A stretch of DNA of 64,000 bases from an uncultured Candidatus Saccharibacteria bacterium (GTDB taxonomy: Bacteria; Patescibacteriota; Minisyncoccia; Phycocordibacterales; UBA12079): contig CAZSPC010000001.1 of NCBI GenBank assembly GCA_964608745.1, forward strand, positions 750-64,749, written 5' to 3'. Position 1 is the stretch's first letter, and every line of letters starts with the position of its first letter. Below, piece by piece: positions 38,085 to 48,667 of this stretch. Below the pieces are notes generated by a model. That model was not told the origin of the DNA. It saw only the letters and a list, made by a program, of their open reading frames with translations, and did not search any database. Made by a program: the position numbers and the translations under genes.

Positions 38085-38200
38085 CTGAACTAAAAAAAGC
38101 CGGAATAATTAAATAAAAGTTTTCAAGCTAAAAGCCAAGCTGGTTCTACGAACTAAAAGCTTGGCTTTGCTCAAAAACTTTTATTTAATTATTCCGGCTT
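38085..38200. repeat. long palindrome (family H core) serving as rpmB terminator
   Basis: about 110-bp inverted repeat; inner core is the reverse complement of 43033-43090. Confidence 0.6.
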
Positions 38201-38426
38201 TTTTTAGTGTTTGGTATGCTCCGTTTTTGTTGATAGTTTTGATTGCTTTGGTTGAAAGAGTTAGATTAAATGTTTTGTCAACCTCAGGAACATATATTTT
38301 TTTCTTTTGAAGATTTGCTTTTCGTCTTTTCTTTCCAGTTGGGTTAAATTGGGTAGCACGAACACGGTTGCTGTATCCTCCGGCAACTTTCGTACTTTTT
38401 CCTGTGACTGGACATTGTTTAGACAT
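38181..38426 (-). CDS. rpmB: 50S ribosomal protein L28
   Basis: MSKQCPVTGKSTKVAGGYSNRVRAT... matches L28. Confidence 0.8.
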   Translation of the reverse strand: MSKQCPVTGKSTKVAGGYSNRVRATQFNPTGKKRRKANLQKKKIYVPEVDKTFNLTLSTKAIKTINKNGAYQTLKKAGIIK

Positions 38427-38483
38427 AGTTCTATTTAAGTAGCTGGTATGTTATCATAAGATTGTTTACTTCGCAACAATCTG

Positions 38484-38889
38484 AGCGTTATAGCGTTTAG
38501 GGTTGTAGAAAATTTATGTATTCAAAATCTTTTAAACATTTACAAGTCTGGCAGAGATCAATAGAGCTGGTAAGAGAAGTTTATAAAATTACAGAAAGTT
38601 TTCCTAAGAACGAAACATACGGATTGGTGAGTCAGATGAGGAGATCGGCTGTTTCGATACCGTCAAATATTGCCGAGGGTTATAAAAGGAGAGGGCTCGG
38701 AGATTACATTCGTTTTTTAGGTGTATCTGAAGGCTCCTCTGCTGAGTTAGAAACCCAAATTATAATCTCTAGAGATTTATACAAGGAAATTAATTTTGCA
38801 AAAACCGAAGCTCTACTCGAAGAAGTTCAAAAAATGTTATTTGTTATGATTAAAAACCTAAACGCTAAACGCTAAACACTACAACCCTA
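38484..38889 (+). repeat. family A repeat whose loop is occupied by a four-helix-bundle gene (split arms 38484-38507 and 38856-38889)
   Basis: left arm gcgttatagcgtttagggttgtag; right arm aacctaaacgctaaacgctaaacactacaaccctat encodes the protein C-terminus KNLNAKR. Confidence 0.7.
38516..38875 (+). CDS. four-helix-bundle protein (23S rRNA intervening-sequence protein family)
   Basis: VWQRSIELVREVYKITESFPKNETYGLVSQMRRSAVSIPSNIAEGY...SSAELETQ matches the IVS-protein family. Confidence 0.8.
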   Translation: MYSKSFKHLQVWQRSIELVREVYKITESFPKNETYGLVSQMRRSAVSIPSNIAEGYKRRGLGDYIRFLGVSEGSSAELETQIIISRDLYKEINFAKTEALLEEVQKMLFVMIKNLNAKR

Positions 38890-39494
38890 TGAATAGTGAT
38901 TTTATATTCGCAATACTAATTCTTATAATGTCCGTGGTAATCCACGAAGTCTCCCATGGCTATATGGCATATTATTTTGGTGATGTTACTGCAAAAATAG
39001 CAGGGCGTCTTACCCTAAATCCATTAAAACATCTTGATATGATGGGTTCGGTTATTGTGCCGACTATCGCTTTTTTGACAACAGGATTTATTTTTGGTTG
39101 GGCGAAACCTGTTCCGTACAATCCATACAATTTAAGGAACGCTAAGATAGGTGAACCAATGGTAGCTTTGGCAGGCCCTCTATCTAATTTTATTGTTGCT
39201 CTAATATTTGGGTTGCTTATTCGATTTGGTGTAATTCCAATGGAATTAATTACTCCTGCCAGTTTAATTGTTTTTATTAATATTCTTCTGGGGCTGTTTA
39301 ATCTTGTTCCGATTCCACCTCTGGATGGTTCAAAAATATTATTTGCAATTTTGCCATATAATATGAGTCATATTAGAGAATTTTTGGAGAGATATTATTT
39401 TATCCTCATTTTTGTTTTTATTTTCTTTCTCTGGAAATTTTTTATTCCGGTGATTTATGGAGTGTTTAGATTACTTACTGGAATTACATTTTAA
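38889..39494 (+). CDS. site-2-protease-like M50 family zinc metalloprotease (201 aa)
   Basis: HEVSHG (HExxH) in TM helix and NLVPIPPLDG motif. Confidence 0.65.
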   Translation: MNSDFIFAILILIMSVVIHEVSHGYMAYYFGDVTAKIAGRLTLNPLKHLDMMGSVIVPTIAFLTTGFIFGWAKPVPYNPYNLRNAKIGEPMVALAGPLSNFIVALIFGLLIRFGVIPMELITPASLIVFINILLGLFNLVPIPPLDGSKILFAILPYNMSHIREFLERYYFILIFVFIFFLWKFFIPVIYGVFRLLTGITF

Positions 39495-39545
39495 TTTTAT
39501 TTGCTTTTTTTGATCAAATATAGTAAATTAGTAGCACTTAAATTT

Positions 39546-39625
39546 AAGCGTTTAGCGATTAGCGTTTAGGGTTGTAGAGAACAAATTTTTACTATAACCC
39601 TAAACGCTAAGCCCTATACCCTAAT
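39546..39625 (+). repeat. family A repeat (no central mini-hairpin) upstream of rpsL
   Basis: agcgtttagcgattagcgtttagggttgtag ... ctataaccctaaacgctaagccctataccct. Confidence 0.65.
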
Positions 39626-39628
39626 TTT

Positions 39629-40036
39629 ATGTCAACAGTAAATCAGTTGGTAAAAAAGAAAAGAAAGAAGATTATTAAAAAGCCAAAGGCGATTGCTCTT
39701 AGGCGTGGCTTTAATAATGAAAAAAATAAACCAATAACTTATCCGTCTCCGTTTAAAAGAGGTGTGTGTACAAAGGTAACAACAAAGACTCCGACAAAGC
39801 CTAACTCAGCTGTGCGAAAAATTGCCAGAGTAAGACTTACAAACGGAATGGAGGTTACTGCGTATATCCCGGGAATGGGACACACTCTTCAAGAACACTC
39901 TGTTGTGGTGCTTAGAGGAGGTCGTGTTAAGGATGTTGGAATTCGATATACAATTGTACGAGGAAAATTAGATGCGACAGGAGTTGAAGATAGAAAACAG
40001 GGTAGATCGCGCTATGGAACAAAGCGACCAAAATAA
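39629..40036 (+). CDS. rpsL: 30S ribosomal protein S12 (with small insertion)
   Basis: [30 protein letters not shown] motifs. Confidence 0.9.
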   Translation: MSTVNQLVKKKRKKIIKKPKAIALRRGFNNEKNKPITYPSPFKRGVCTKVTTKTPTKPNSAVRKIARVRLTNGMEVTAYIPGMGHTLQEHSVVVLRGGRVKDVGIRYTIVRGKLDATGVEDRKQGRSRYGTKRPK

Positions 40037-40039
40037 TTA

Positions 40040-40163
40040 GAATTTTCCCAGAATTAGCGACCTTCGTTTCTTTTTCCTCAAATTTTTGTTCACCGTATTG
40101 CTATACGGCTCACGAAAATTTTTCGAAAAAATAAACGAATCTCATCTAATTCTGAAAAAATTC
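40040..40163 (+). repeat. family B (subtype b) long inverted repeat after rpsL
   Basis: cccagaattagcgaccttcgtttctttttcctcaaattttt ... gaaaatttttcgaaaaaataaacgaatctcatctaattctg. Confidence 0.7.
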
Positions 40164-40226
40164 ATATTTTTGAAATTATTTATAATTTACTAAAAACTAA
40201 AAACTATTTAACTAAAAACTAACGCT

Positions 40227-40697
40227 ATGCGTCGTCCAATCAAAGATAAAAGAAATATCCAGCCAGACCGAGTGTATAATTCGTTGGTTGTTGAGCGATT
40301 TATAAACTATCTTATGCTTGATGGTAAAAAATCAGTTGCCCGAAAGGTGGTGTATGATGCAATGGATATCATCAAGGAAAAAGCAAAAGTAAAAGATCCG
40401 ATGGAAGTATTCAATGGAGCTATCAAAAATGCAGGACCAATTATGGAAGTAAAATCTCGAAGAATTGGAGGGGCAAATTATCAGGTGCCTATTCAAGTTA
40501 AGGAGGATCGAAAACTATCACTTGCGATGCGATGGATTTTAGAAGCAGCGAGAGCAAAAAAAGGAACATCAATGAGTGAAAGATTAGCAGAAGAATTAAT
40601 TCAAGCTAATAACAAAGAAGGGGAGGTGATTAAGAAAAGAGAAAATGTTCACAAGATGGCGGAAGCGAATAAAGCCTTTGCCCACTTCGCTTGGTAA
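40227..40697 (+). CDS. rpsG: 30S ribosomal protein S7
   Basis: S7 sequence; follows rpsL. Confidence 0.9.
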   Translation: MRRPIKDKRNIQPDRVYNSLVVERFINYLMLDGKKSVARKVVYDAMDIIKEKAKVKDPMEVFNGAIKNAGPIMEVKSRRIGGANYQVPIQVKEDRKLSLAMRWILEAARAKKGTSMSERLAEELIQANNKEGEVIKKRENVHKMAEANKAFAHFAW

Positions 40698-40699
40698 AA

Positions 40700-40833
40700 T
40701 TATTCCAAAACTAGCGATATTCGTTCCTTTTTTCTCAAATTTCCGTTCACCTTATTCTAACCTTATTCTAAGATAAGGCTCACGAAAATTTTTCGAAAAA
40801 ATAAACGAATTTCATCTAGTTTTGAAATAATTT
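40700..40833 (+). repeat. family B (subtype b) long inverted repeat after rpsG
   Basis: ccaaaactagcgatattcgttcc ... ggctcacgaaaatttttcgaaaaaataaacgaatttcatctagttttg. Confidence 0.7.
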
Positions 40834-40881
40834 AAAAATTTTCAAAAAAATTAAAAAATTAAAAATTCTAAATTAAAAACT

Positions 40882-43032
40882 ATGAGTCGTGATTATCCAC
40901 TAGAAAAAGTCCGAAATATCGGAATTATTGCCCACATTGATGCGGGTAAAACAACTGTGTCTGAAAGAGTTCTTTTCTACACAGGACTTTCACATAAAAT
41001 TGGAGAAGTTCACGATGGTGATGCCACCATGGACTGGATGGAACAAGAGCAAGAGAGAGGTATTACTATTACTTCAGCTGCTACCACTACATTTTGGACT
41101 CCAACATATGATCCAACAAACACAGATCTAAAACACAGATTTAATATTATCGACACTCCAGGTCACGTTGACTTTACCGCAGAGGTGGAAAGGTCTCTTA
41201 AAGTGCTTGATGGTGGTGTTGTTGTTTTTGATGGTGTAGCGGGTGTGGAATCTCAATCTGAAACTGTTTGGCGACAAGCTGACAAATACAATGTTCCAAG
41301 AATTTGTTTTATTAATAAATTAGACCGAACAGGCGCATCATTCGAAAGATCTTTCAAATCTATCTTGGATAGACTTACACCAAATGCTGTGCGAGCTCAA
41401 CTTCCAATTAAAGAAGAGGGTGACCACGAAGGGGTAGTAGACTTGTTAACTATGAAGGCTTATTACTTCGAAGGGGAGATGGGTAAAGATGTTATTGAAA
41501 AAGATATACCAGAAGAAATGAAAGCTGACGTAGAAAAATATAGAGGAGAATTGATTGAAAAAATTGTGGAAAATGACGAAGAATTGATGAATGAATATTT
41601 GGAAGGAAATGAAATTCCATTGGATAAACTAAAAACAATTTTGAGAAAAGCTGTTATTGCCCTTGATATTGTTCCTGTTTATACAGGTTCAGCTTTGAAA
41701 AACAAGGGCGTGCAAAAACTTCTTGACGCTGTTGTTGATTATCTTCCTTCACCACTTGATATTCCTCCTGTAAAAGGAATTGATGCAAAAACAGAGGAAG
41801 AAGTAGAAAGAAAAGCATCCGATGAAGAACCGTTTTCAGCACTTGCTTTCAAATTACAAACTGATCCATTTGTGGGACAACTTACATTTTTCCGAGTTTA
41901 CTCTGGAACAGTAGAAGCTGGCTCATATATTTACAATTCAACAACTGGTAATAAAGAGAGACTAGGACGAATTCTGCGGATGCATTCAAACGAAAGAGAA
42001 GAGGTGAAGAAAGTTTATGCTGGTGAAATTGCAGCTGCCGTTGGGTTGAAAGATACAAAAACATCAGATACTTTGTGTGATGAAAATAATCCGGTAATTT
42101 TGGAGAAAATCGAATTTATGAAACCGGTTGTTTCTGTTCGAATTGAACCAAAGACCAAAGCTGACCAAGAAAAAATGGGTATTGCTTTGAAAAAACTTTC
42201 AGATGAAGATCCAACTTTCACAATTTCTACTGATGAAGAAACTCTGGAAACTATTATTTCAGGAATGGGTGAGCTTCACCTGGAAGTTTTGGTTGATCGA
42301 ATGAAAAGAGAATTCAATGTTGAAGCTAATATTGGAAAACCACAAGTAGCTTATCGAGAAACTATTCAAAATCCATCAGAAGCAGAAGTAAAATATGTAA
42401 AACAATCAGGAGGTCGTGGACAATATGGTCATGTGAAAATTAAAATTAAACCTCTTGATAAACTTACTGAGGAAGAAGAAAAGAATCTACCAAAAAATAC
42501 CAAGAGGTCAGAAGGAGGAATGGAGTTTGTTAATAGTATTAAAGGTGGTGTTATTCCACAAGAATATATTCCAGCTTGTGAAAAGGGAATAAAAGAAGGA
42601 ATGGAAAGGGGAGTTGTTGCTGGATATAAAATGGTAGATATTTCAACTGATTTATATGATGGTACATATCACGATGTTGACTCATCAGAAATTGCTTTCA
42701 AAATCGCTGCATCACAAGCTTTCCAAGAAGCTGCTAAAAAGGCTAACCCAGTATTATTGGAGCCGATTATGAAAGTTGAAGTTGTTACTCCGGAAGAGTT
42801 TATGGGTGATGTGAATGGAAACCTAAGCTCAAAGAGAGGGCAAATTGACTCAATGGAAGATAGGGGGGGAAATAAAGTAATCAATGCCAAAGTACCTCTA
42901 TCGGAAATGTTTGGTTATACTACAACACTGCGGTCAATGACAGAGGGTCGAGCAAATGCAACAATGGAATTTGATCATTATGCGACGGTTCCGGCTAATG
43001 TGGCACAAGAAATAATTGAGTCTAGAAAATAA
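40882..43032 (+). CDS. fusA: elongation factor G
   Basis: G1-G5 motifs ([18 protein letters not shown]), full-length EF-G. Confidence 0.95.
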   Translation: MSRDYPLEKVRNIGIIAHIDAGKTTVSERVLFYTGLSHKIGEVHDGDATMDWMEQEQERGITITSAATTTFWTPTYDPTNTDLKHRFNIIDTPGHVDFTAEVERSLKVLDGGVVVFDGVAGVESQSETVWRQADKYNVPRICFINKLDRTGASFERSFKSILDRLTPNAVRAQLPIKEEGDHEGVVDLLTMKAYYFEGEMGKDVIEKDIPEEMKADVEKYRGELIEKIVENDEELMNEYLEGNEIPLDKLKTILRKAVIALDIVPVYTGSALKNKGVQKLLDAVVDYLPSPLDIPPVKGIDAKTEEEVERKASDEEPFSALAFKLQTDPFVGQLTFFRVYSGTVEAGSYIYNSTTGNKERLGRILRMHSNEREEVKKVYAGEIAAAVGLKDTKTSDTLCDENNPVILEKIEFMKPVVSVRIEPKTKADQEKMGIALKKLSDEDPTFTISTDEETLETIISGMGELHLEVLVDRMKREFNVEANIGKPQVAYRETIQNPSEAEVKYVKQSGGRGQYGHVKIKIKPLDKLTEEEEKNLPKNTKRSEGGMEFVNSIKGGVIPQEYIPACEKGIKEGMERGVVAGYKMVDISTDLYDGTYHDVDSSEIAFKIAASQAFQEAAKKANPVLLEPIMKVEVVTPEEFMGDVNGNLSSKRGQIDSMEDRGGNKVINAKVPLSEMFGYTTTLRSMTEGRANATMEFDHYATVPANVAQEIIESRK

Positions 43033-43090
43033 AAATCTTCAAGCAAAGCCAGGCTTTTAGTTCGTAGAACCAGCCTGGCTTTTAGCTTGA
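43033..43090 (+). repeat. family H hairpin element / fusA terminator
   Basis: gcaaagccaggcttttagttcgtagaaccagcctggcttttagcttg; reverse-complement copy at 38110-38170. Confidence 0.6.
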
Positions 43091-43296
43091 GATTTTTATT
43101 TTCAATTACTCATCTTTAAATTTTAGTAACCTAGTTACCGGGTAACCCAAGAAAAACGGTTTTTTATTTTGTCTTATTTTCTTTTTTTTGATTATCTAGT
43201 ATTAAGTAGTAAGGTGTAAGTAATAAGTTTTCTTTTTGATTTTTCAATGGTCCGTCAGCTGACGGACCATTGAATTTTTTGTGTTAAAATAAACTT

Positions 43297-43866
43297 ATGA
43301 AAACAGCAATAATTTTACATGGGATGACTGTGTCAAAGGAAAGATATTTTGATCCAGATACCGAAGTCAAATCTAATAAGAATTGGTTACCTTGGATACA
43401 AAAACAATTACTTATTAATAATATTTTAGCTCAGGCAATTGAATTACCAAAACCTTACGAACCGGTTTATGAAGATTGGAAAAAAGTTTTTGAACAATTT
43501 AATATTGATGAAGAGACTATATTGATAGGACATAGTTGTGGGGCTGGTTTTTTAATTAGATGGTTGAGTGAAAATGATATAAAAGTTGGTAAGGTTGCTT
43601 TAGTTGCTCCATATTTAGGTTTGAACGGAATGGTTAAGTCAGATTTTTTTAATTTTGAAATAGATCCAAATGTTCCAGAGAGGACAAAAGGGTTGTTTGT
43701 GTTTTATTCTGATAACGACAAGGATCACACATTAGGAAGTGTAGATATATTGAAGAAGAATTTTAAAGGAGCAAAATTTATTGAATTAAAAGGTAGAGGA
43801 CACTTTATTTTAAAACATATGGGAACAAGAGAATTCCCAGAATTACGAGATGTTTTGTTAAAATAA
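43297..43866 (+). CDS. small alpha/beta serine hydrolase (YdeN/RBBP9-like)
   Basis: GHSCGAG nucleophile elbow (GxSxG); about 190-aa fold. Confidence 0.5.
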   Translation: MKTAIILHGMTVSKERYFDPDTEVKSNKNWLPWIQKQLLINNILAQAIELPKPYEPVYEDWKKVFEQFNIDEETILIGHSCGAGFLIRWLSENDIKVGKVALVAPYLGLNGMVKSDFFNFEIDPNVPERTKGLFVFYSDNDKDHTLGSVDILKKNFKGAKFIELKGRGHFILKHMGTREFPELRDVLLK

Positions 43867-43877
43867 AATTTTATTTA

Positions 43878-43992
43878 TCCTGTTAGAGATGTTGGGTTGT
43901 ATTCTCCGGGAAAGTGGTAAAGTATATATATTGAAAACATTACAAATTTAATTTATAAGATACGGAAACTTTGTTTCCTATCTCTAACGGGA
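43878..43992 (+). repeat. family C structured element ending at the GNAT gene start codon
   Basis: cctgttagagatg...tctccgggaaag...tacggaaactttgtttcctatctctaacggg; copy of 8517-8632. Confidence 0.6.
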
Positions 43993-44462
43993 TGAAAATA
44001 AGAAAAGCAACAATTAAAGATTTGGAGACAATTCAAAAACTTAACACGAAACTTTGTACAAAAGAATGTGAAGAATTTGATGGCACTTTGGTTCCCGATT
44101 ATCCTCTTACCGAAGAAGTAAAAGGTAAGCTTGAAAAACGTATTTTAGGTGATCTTTCTGCTGTTTTTGTTGTGGAAGTTGAGAATAAAATAATAGGATA
44201 TATTGTTGGTGGTATACAAAAGGATGAAAATTATAGAAATGTAAAAAATATTTGTGGATTGGGGGGTTTTTGGGTTGATGAGGAATATAGAAATGAAGGT
44301 GTTGGCAGCAAATTATTCGAAGAATTTCAAAGATGGTGTGAAAATAAAGATACTTCTAGATTACAAGTAACAGTTTCATCCCAAAATCTAAAAGCAATAA
44401 AATTTTATAAAAAAGAAGGTTTTGAAAAATACGATGTTGTTTTGGAGAAAGTTTTAAAATAA
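43971..44462 (+). CDS. GNAT family N-acetyltransferase
   Basis: Acetyl-CoA motif A FWVDEEYRNEGVGSKLFEEF. Confidence 0.7.
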   Translation: MFPISNGMKIRKATIKDLETIQKLNTKLCTKECEEFDGTLVPDYPLTEEVKGKLEKRILGDLSAVFVVEVENKIIGYIVGGIQKDENYRNVKNICGLGGFWVDEEYRNEGVGSKLFEEFQRWCENKDTSRLQVTVSSQNLKAIKFYKKEGFEKYDVVLEKVLK

Positions 44463-44465
44463 AAA

Positions 44466-44762
44466 ATGTTTTCAATATTAATTTACATTTTAATAGGGGT
44501 GGGTATTGGATTTTTGGTTTGGGGTTTTGTTGGTGGGAGTAGTGATGAGAAAAAAGAAGTATGTTTGAATGGTGAAGAAAAACGAGAAGAAAAGATTTTA
44601 GAATTTTTAGATAGAGAAGGGAAAATAACAAATAATCAAATTGAAGAAATGTTGGGTGTATCGGATACTTCGGTTGGAAGATATTTAGACGAATTGGAAA
44701 GAAAGGGGAAAATAAAACAAATCGGAAAAACAGGAAAAAGTGTCTATTACATCAAGAAATAG
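44466..44762 (+). CDS. small membrane-anchored winged-helix protein (98 aa)
   Basis: N-terminal TM; C-terminal wHTH-like GVSDTSVGRYLDELERKGKIKQ. Confidence 0.4.
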   Translation: MFSILIYILIGVGIGFLVWGFVGGSSDEKKEVCLNGEEKREEKILEFLDREGKITNNQIEEMLGVSDTSVGRYLDELERKGKIKQIGKTGKSVYYIKK

Positions 44763-45031
44763 TATAAATAATACTAAAAAACTACATCTCCGAATTATTG
44801 GAATTAAGGGTACGATAGTACCCTTAATTCCAATATGAAGTTAAAATTACTTTGGTACATTAAGAACCGATAGTTTCTTAATGTACCATATACAAAATTA
44901 AATTTTAGGATAAGGCTCAACATAGCCAACCCAAACGCCCCACGGGTGGGGCGTTTGGATTTTAATTGAACAAGTTAGTTTTTAGGGCTATAATTTAATT
45001 ATATTTATTACTAACTTAATTTTTTAAAAAA

Positions 45032-45718
45032 ATGGAAAATAAAAATTTAATCGGGGGAGCTGTTATTTTGGTTATAATCATTGTTGCGGTTGTTGTTTTT
45101 TCTGGAAATGACAAAGGTTTGGGGGGAAATAACATTTTTAATAAAGGGGGAAATTCCGGAACCCTTAAAGATTTTATGTCTGGTGTTATGGGTACTAATA
45201 TTTCCTGTGATTTTGGGCAGAAGATTGGTTTAGACAACGAATTAAAAGTGAAAACTTACATTGCAGGTGAAAAAGTGCGAGTTGATTATAAAATGAAAAA
45301 ACCGATTGAAGAAGGGCTTTCCGAGTGGCAAGATATGTACATTATTTCTGATGGAGAGTACACATATATTTGGGGAGACAGTCCTCTGGGAGGGGTGATG
45401 CAAGGAATGAAAATAAAACAAGAAGATTTTCAAGAGGAGGGTGAAAATGAGAATGTTCCGGTGGGCATGATTGATTACGAAACCCCGTTATCAAATTGTA
45501 ATAAGTGGTCTGTTGACAACAAAATGTTTGAAATTCCCAATGACATACAATTTTTTGATCCAACTAATATGATGGATATGATGTTTCAAGGAATGGGTAT
45601 ACCAGAGGAGATGGAGGTATCAGAAGAAGGAAGCATGGGTGAGGGAATAGATTGTTCTGTTTGTGATCAGTTACCAGTAGGACAAAAAGAAAGTTGCCTG
45701 CAAGCAATGGGGTGTTAG
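45032..45718 (+). CDS. secreted/anchored hypothetical protein with C-terminal Cys cluster (228 aa)
   Basis: N-terminal TM/signal; CSVCDQLPVGQKESCLQAMGC tail. Confidence 0.4.
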   Translation: MENKNLIGGAVILVIIIVAVVVFSGNDKGLGGNNIFNKGGNSGTLKDFMSGVMGTNISCDFGQKIGLDNELKVKTYIAGEKVRVDYKMKKPIEEGLSEWQDMYIISDGEYTYIWGDSPLGGVMQGMKIKQEDFQEEGENENVPVGMIDYETPLSNCNKWSVDNKMFEIPNDIQFFDPTNMMDMMFQGMGIPEEMEVSEEGSMGEGIDCSVCDQLPVGQKESCLQAMGC

Positions 45719-45864
45719 TTTGGGGGAAATAAAACGAAAAAACCACAATTTACAATTAGTTTATAAATTGTGGTTTTTTGTTGACTTTTTTATTGTAAAA
45801 GATTGGTCTGTGGTGTAGGTAGTATGTAGGAGTAAATACAAAAAATGAAAATAAGGAGAATATT

Positions 45865-46374
45865 ATGAGAGGAAGTATTATTGAGGGGTTAGCACTTGCA
45901 GATATGAAAATATTGGATGATGAATTGCGTTCAATTTTAAACTCAGAGGAACATCCGGGTTGTCTTTCTTGGATAAGTGAAAAAATGTCAGTTTTGGTTG
46001 TTTGTCATTTGGAATTGGATGAGTTTTCAAAACAAGTCGAAGAAATTGAAAATCTTGGTTTTCAATCGCCTTGGGATTTGCGCATTGTTAACGGTTGTTG
46101 TGGTGTGTTGTATGGTTGGGGAACATTTCTTTTTTCTCCTACCCCTAATAAATATACTTTAGAAAATCTTATTTCAATTTATCAAAATTCTGATTTTATT
46201 ATAAAGAAAGGGAATACTCATCTCGAAGCTGAAACGGCAGATATTGGTAAAATGATAATGTTTGCCGAAAAAATGTGGGGAGCAGGTTATATTCTTGTAA
46301 GTGGGATTAAACCGACAGAATACATAAGTGAAGATAACTGGCTTGTGAAAACGAGGTTTAGGCTATCTCAATAA
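45865..46374 (+). CDS. hypothetical protein (169 aa)
   Basis: AAGGAG SD; terminator hairpin 46400-46428. Confidence 0.4.
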   Translation: MRGSIIEGLALADMKILDDELRSILNSEEHPGCLSWISEKMSVLVVCHLELDEFSKQVEEIENLGFQSPWDLRIVNGCCGVLYGWGTFLFSPTPNKYTLENLISIYQNSDFIIKKGNTHLEAETADIGKMIMFAEKMWGAGYILVSGIKPTEYISEDNWLVKTRFRLSQ

Positions 46375-46552
46375 ATTTGTTTTGAACAAATATCACCAAA
46401 CACCGAGTCATTAGACTCGGTGTTTTTATTTAGATTTTTTAGTTGACTATTATTTCCGTTCTGTTATTATATTGGGATAATGCTAATGGCATTCGTTTTT
46501 TGTATTTAACCGCCTTTTTGGGGTGTTAATATAAATTATTAGAAATAATTTA

Positions 46553-46652
46553 AAGCGTTTAGCGTCCAGCGTTTAGCGTTGTAGTGAACAAATTTTGCCT
46601 TTGGCAAAATTTGTTAAAACCTATAACCCTAAACGCTAAACGCTAAACCCTA
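46553..46652 (+). repeat. family A structured repeat upstream of tuf
   Basis: agcgtttagcgtccagcgtttagcgttgtag / gaacaaattttgcctttggcaaaatttgtt / ctataaccctaaacgctaaacgctaaaccctat. Confidence 0.75.
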
Positions 46653-46662
46653 TAAAAAAATT

Positions 46663-47856
46663 ATGGCAGAAGAATTCAATAGAGATAAACCTCACGTAAA
46701 CGTGGGAACCATCGGTCACGTTGACCATGGTAAAACAACTCTTACTGCGGCAATTCTGCATGTTCTTGGTCTTGCTGGTCAAGAAACAAGCAAAAAAGGT
46801 GTTGATGAAATCGACAACGCCCCAGAAGAGAAAGAAAGAGGAATTACAATTGCTCTTTCTCACCAAGAGTATAGTACAGAAAATAGACACTATGCTCACG
46901 TTGATGCTCCCGGCCACGCCGACTACATCAAAAATATGATCACAGGTGCTGCTCAAATGGATGGTGCTATCCTTGTAGTAGCCGCTAACGACGGTGCGAT
47001 GCCTCAAACAAGAGAACATATCTTGTTGGCAAAGCAAGTTGGTGTACCTAAAATCATTGTATTCTTGAACAAGACAGACTTGGTAGATGATCAAGAAATG
47101 GTAGAGCTTGTTGAAGAAGAAGTAAAAGAAATGCTAACTCAATATGAGTTCGATGGAGAAAACACTCCATTTATTAAAGGTTCAGCTGTTAAAGCTCTTG
47201 AAGCATCATCAGTAGATGATGAATGGGCAAAACCAATTATTGAATTGGCAAAACAGTTGGATGAATACATCCCAGTTCCTGAAAGAGATACTGATAAGCC
47301 TTTCCTAATGCCTATCGAGGACATTTTCTCAATTGAAGGACGAGGAACTGTTTGTACAGGTAAAATCGAAAGAGGAATTGTTAAGGTTGGTGAAGATGTA
47401 GAAATTGTTGGTATTAAAGATACTGAAAAAACTACTGTTACCGGAGTTGAAATGTTCAACAAGTCTCTACAAGAAGGACAGGCTGGAGACAACGCTGGAA
47501 TTTTGATTCGAGGTATTAAAAAAGAAGATGTTCACAGAGGACAAGTTCTTTCAAAACCTGGAACAGTTACTCCACACACAGAATTCGAAGCAGAAGTATA
47601 TGTCTTGAAGAAAGAGGAAGGTGGACGACATACTCCGTTCTTCTCAGGTTATAAACCTCAGTTCTACATTCGAACAACTGATGTTACCGGAGAAGTAACA
47701 TTGGCAGAAGGAACTGAAATGGTTATGCCAGGAGATACCGCTGTATTTAAAGTAAAACTTCAAGCTCCTATTGCTCTTGAAGAACAACAAAGATTTGCTG
47801 TTCGAGAAGGGGGTAGAACTGTTGGAGCGGGGGTGGTTACAAAAATCACCGCTTAA
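46663..47856 (+). CDS. tuf: elongation factor Tu
   Basis: [19 protein letters not shown] motifs; 397 aa. Confidence 0.95.
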   Translation: MAEEFNRDKPHVNVGTIGHVDHGKTTLTAAILHVLGLAGQETSKKGVDEIDNAPEEKERGITIALSHQEYSTENRHYAHVDAPGHADYIKNMITGAAQMDGAILVVAANDGAMPQTREHILLAKQVGVPKIIVFLNKTDLVDDQEMVELVEEEVKEMLTQYEFDGENTPFIKGSAVKALEASSVDDEWAKPIIELAKQLDEYIPVPERDTDKPFLMPIEDIFSIEGRGTVCTGKIERGIVKVGEDVEIVGIKDTEKTTVTGVEMFNKSLQEGQAGDNAGILIRGIKKEDVHRGQVLSKPGTVTPHTEFEAEVYVLKKEEGGRHTPFFSGYKPQFYIRTTDVTGEVTLAEGTEMVMPGDTAVFKVKLQAPIALEEQQRFAVREGGRTVGAGVVTKITA

Positions 47857-47861
47857 TAAAT

Positions 47862-47981
47862 TATCCCAAAACTAGCGACCTTCGTTTCTTTTTTCTCAAA
47901 ATTCCGTTCACCGTATTGTTATACGACTCACGAAATTTTTTCAAAAAAAGAAACGAATCTCATCTAGTTTTGAAATAATTT
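47862..47981 (+). repeat. family B (subtype b) long inverted repeat after tuf
   Basis: near-identical to 40040-40163. Confidence 0.7.
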
Positions 47982-48179
47982 AAACAATTTATAGAGGTTA
48001 AAATTATTAAAAATTTTAACCTTACTAAGTGTCGCTTGTTCTCAGGCGACACCATAGTGAGGTTAAAGTTAGAGATTTTGATGTTTATGTCTGTTGAGTA
48101 TTCAACTAAAACACAAAATTAAAAACTTGTTTTTGTTTCCTCTTAAAAACAAAGACAAATATTACAATTAAATTATTTG

Positions 48180-48276
48180 AGCGTTTGGCGTATAGCATTT
48201 AGCGTTGTAGTGAACAAATTTTGCCAAAGGTAAAATTTGTTTAAACCTATAACCCTAAACGCTAAACCCTATACCC
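48180..48276 (+). repeat. family A structured repeat upstream of rpsJ
   Basis: gcgtttggcgtatagcatttagcgttgtag / gaacaaattttgccaaaggtaaaatttgtt / ctataaccctaaacgctaaaccctataccct. Confidence 0.75.
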
Positions 48277-48283
48277 TAATTTT

Positions 48284-48664
48284 ATGACTACTAAAAAAAC
48301 AACTACTAAAAAAGTAGCGAAAAAGACAACTAAAAAAGCTACCAAAAAAACCGAAGGAATCGGAAAACTTCGAATCCGAGTTTTTGCTTATGAGCACAAG
48401 CTACTTGATTCATCAATCAAGCAAATTATTGATACTGCTTTGCGATACGATGCAGAGATTTCAGGACCAATTCCACTTCCGACTCAAATCAAAAAATATA
48501 CAGTTAACCGATCAACTTTCGTACATAAAGATTCTCGTGAACAATACGAAATGAGAGTACATCGAAGACTAATTGATATTCTTAATCCTTCAGCTAAGAT
48601 TATTGAGGCGTTGACGAATTTAAGTTTACCGTCAGGAGTATCTATCGATGTAAAAGTAATGTAA
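48284..48664 (+). CDS. rpsJ: 30S ribosomal protein S10 with ~23-aa K/T-rich N-terminal extension
   Basis: LRIRVFAYEHKLLDSSIKQIIDTA core matches S10. Confidence 0.9.
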   Translation: MTTKKTTTKKVAKKTTKKATKKTEGIGKLRIRVFAYEHKLLDSSIKQIIDTALRYDAEISGPIPLPTQIKKYTVNRSTFVHKDSREQYEMRVHRRLIDILNPSAKIIEALTNLSLPSGVSIDVKVM

Positions 48665-48667
48665 TTA

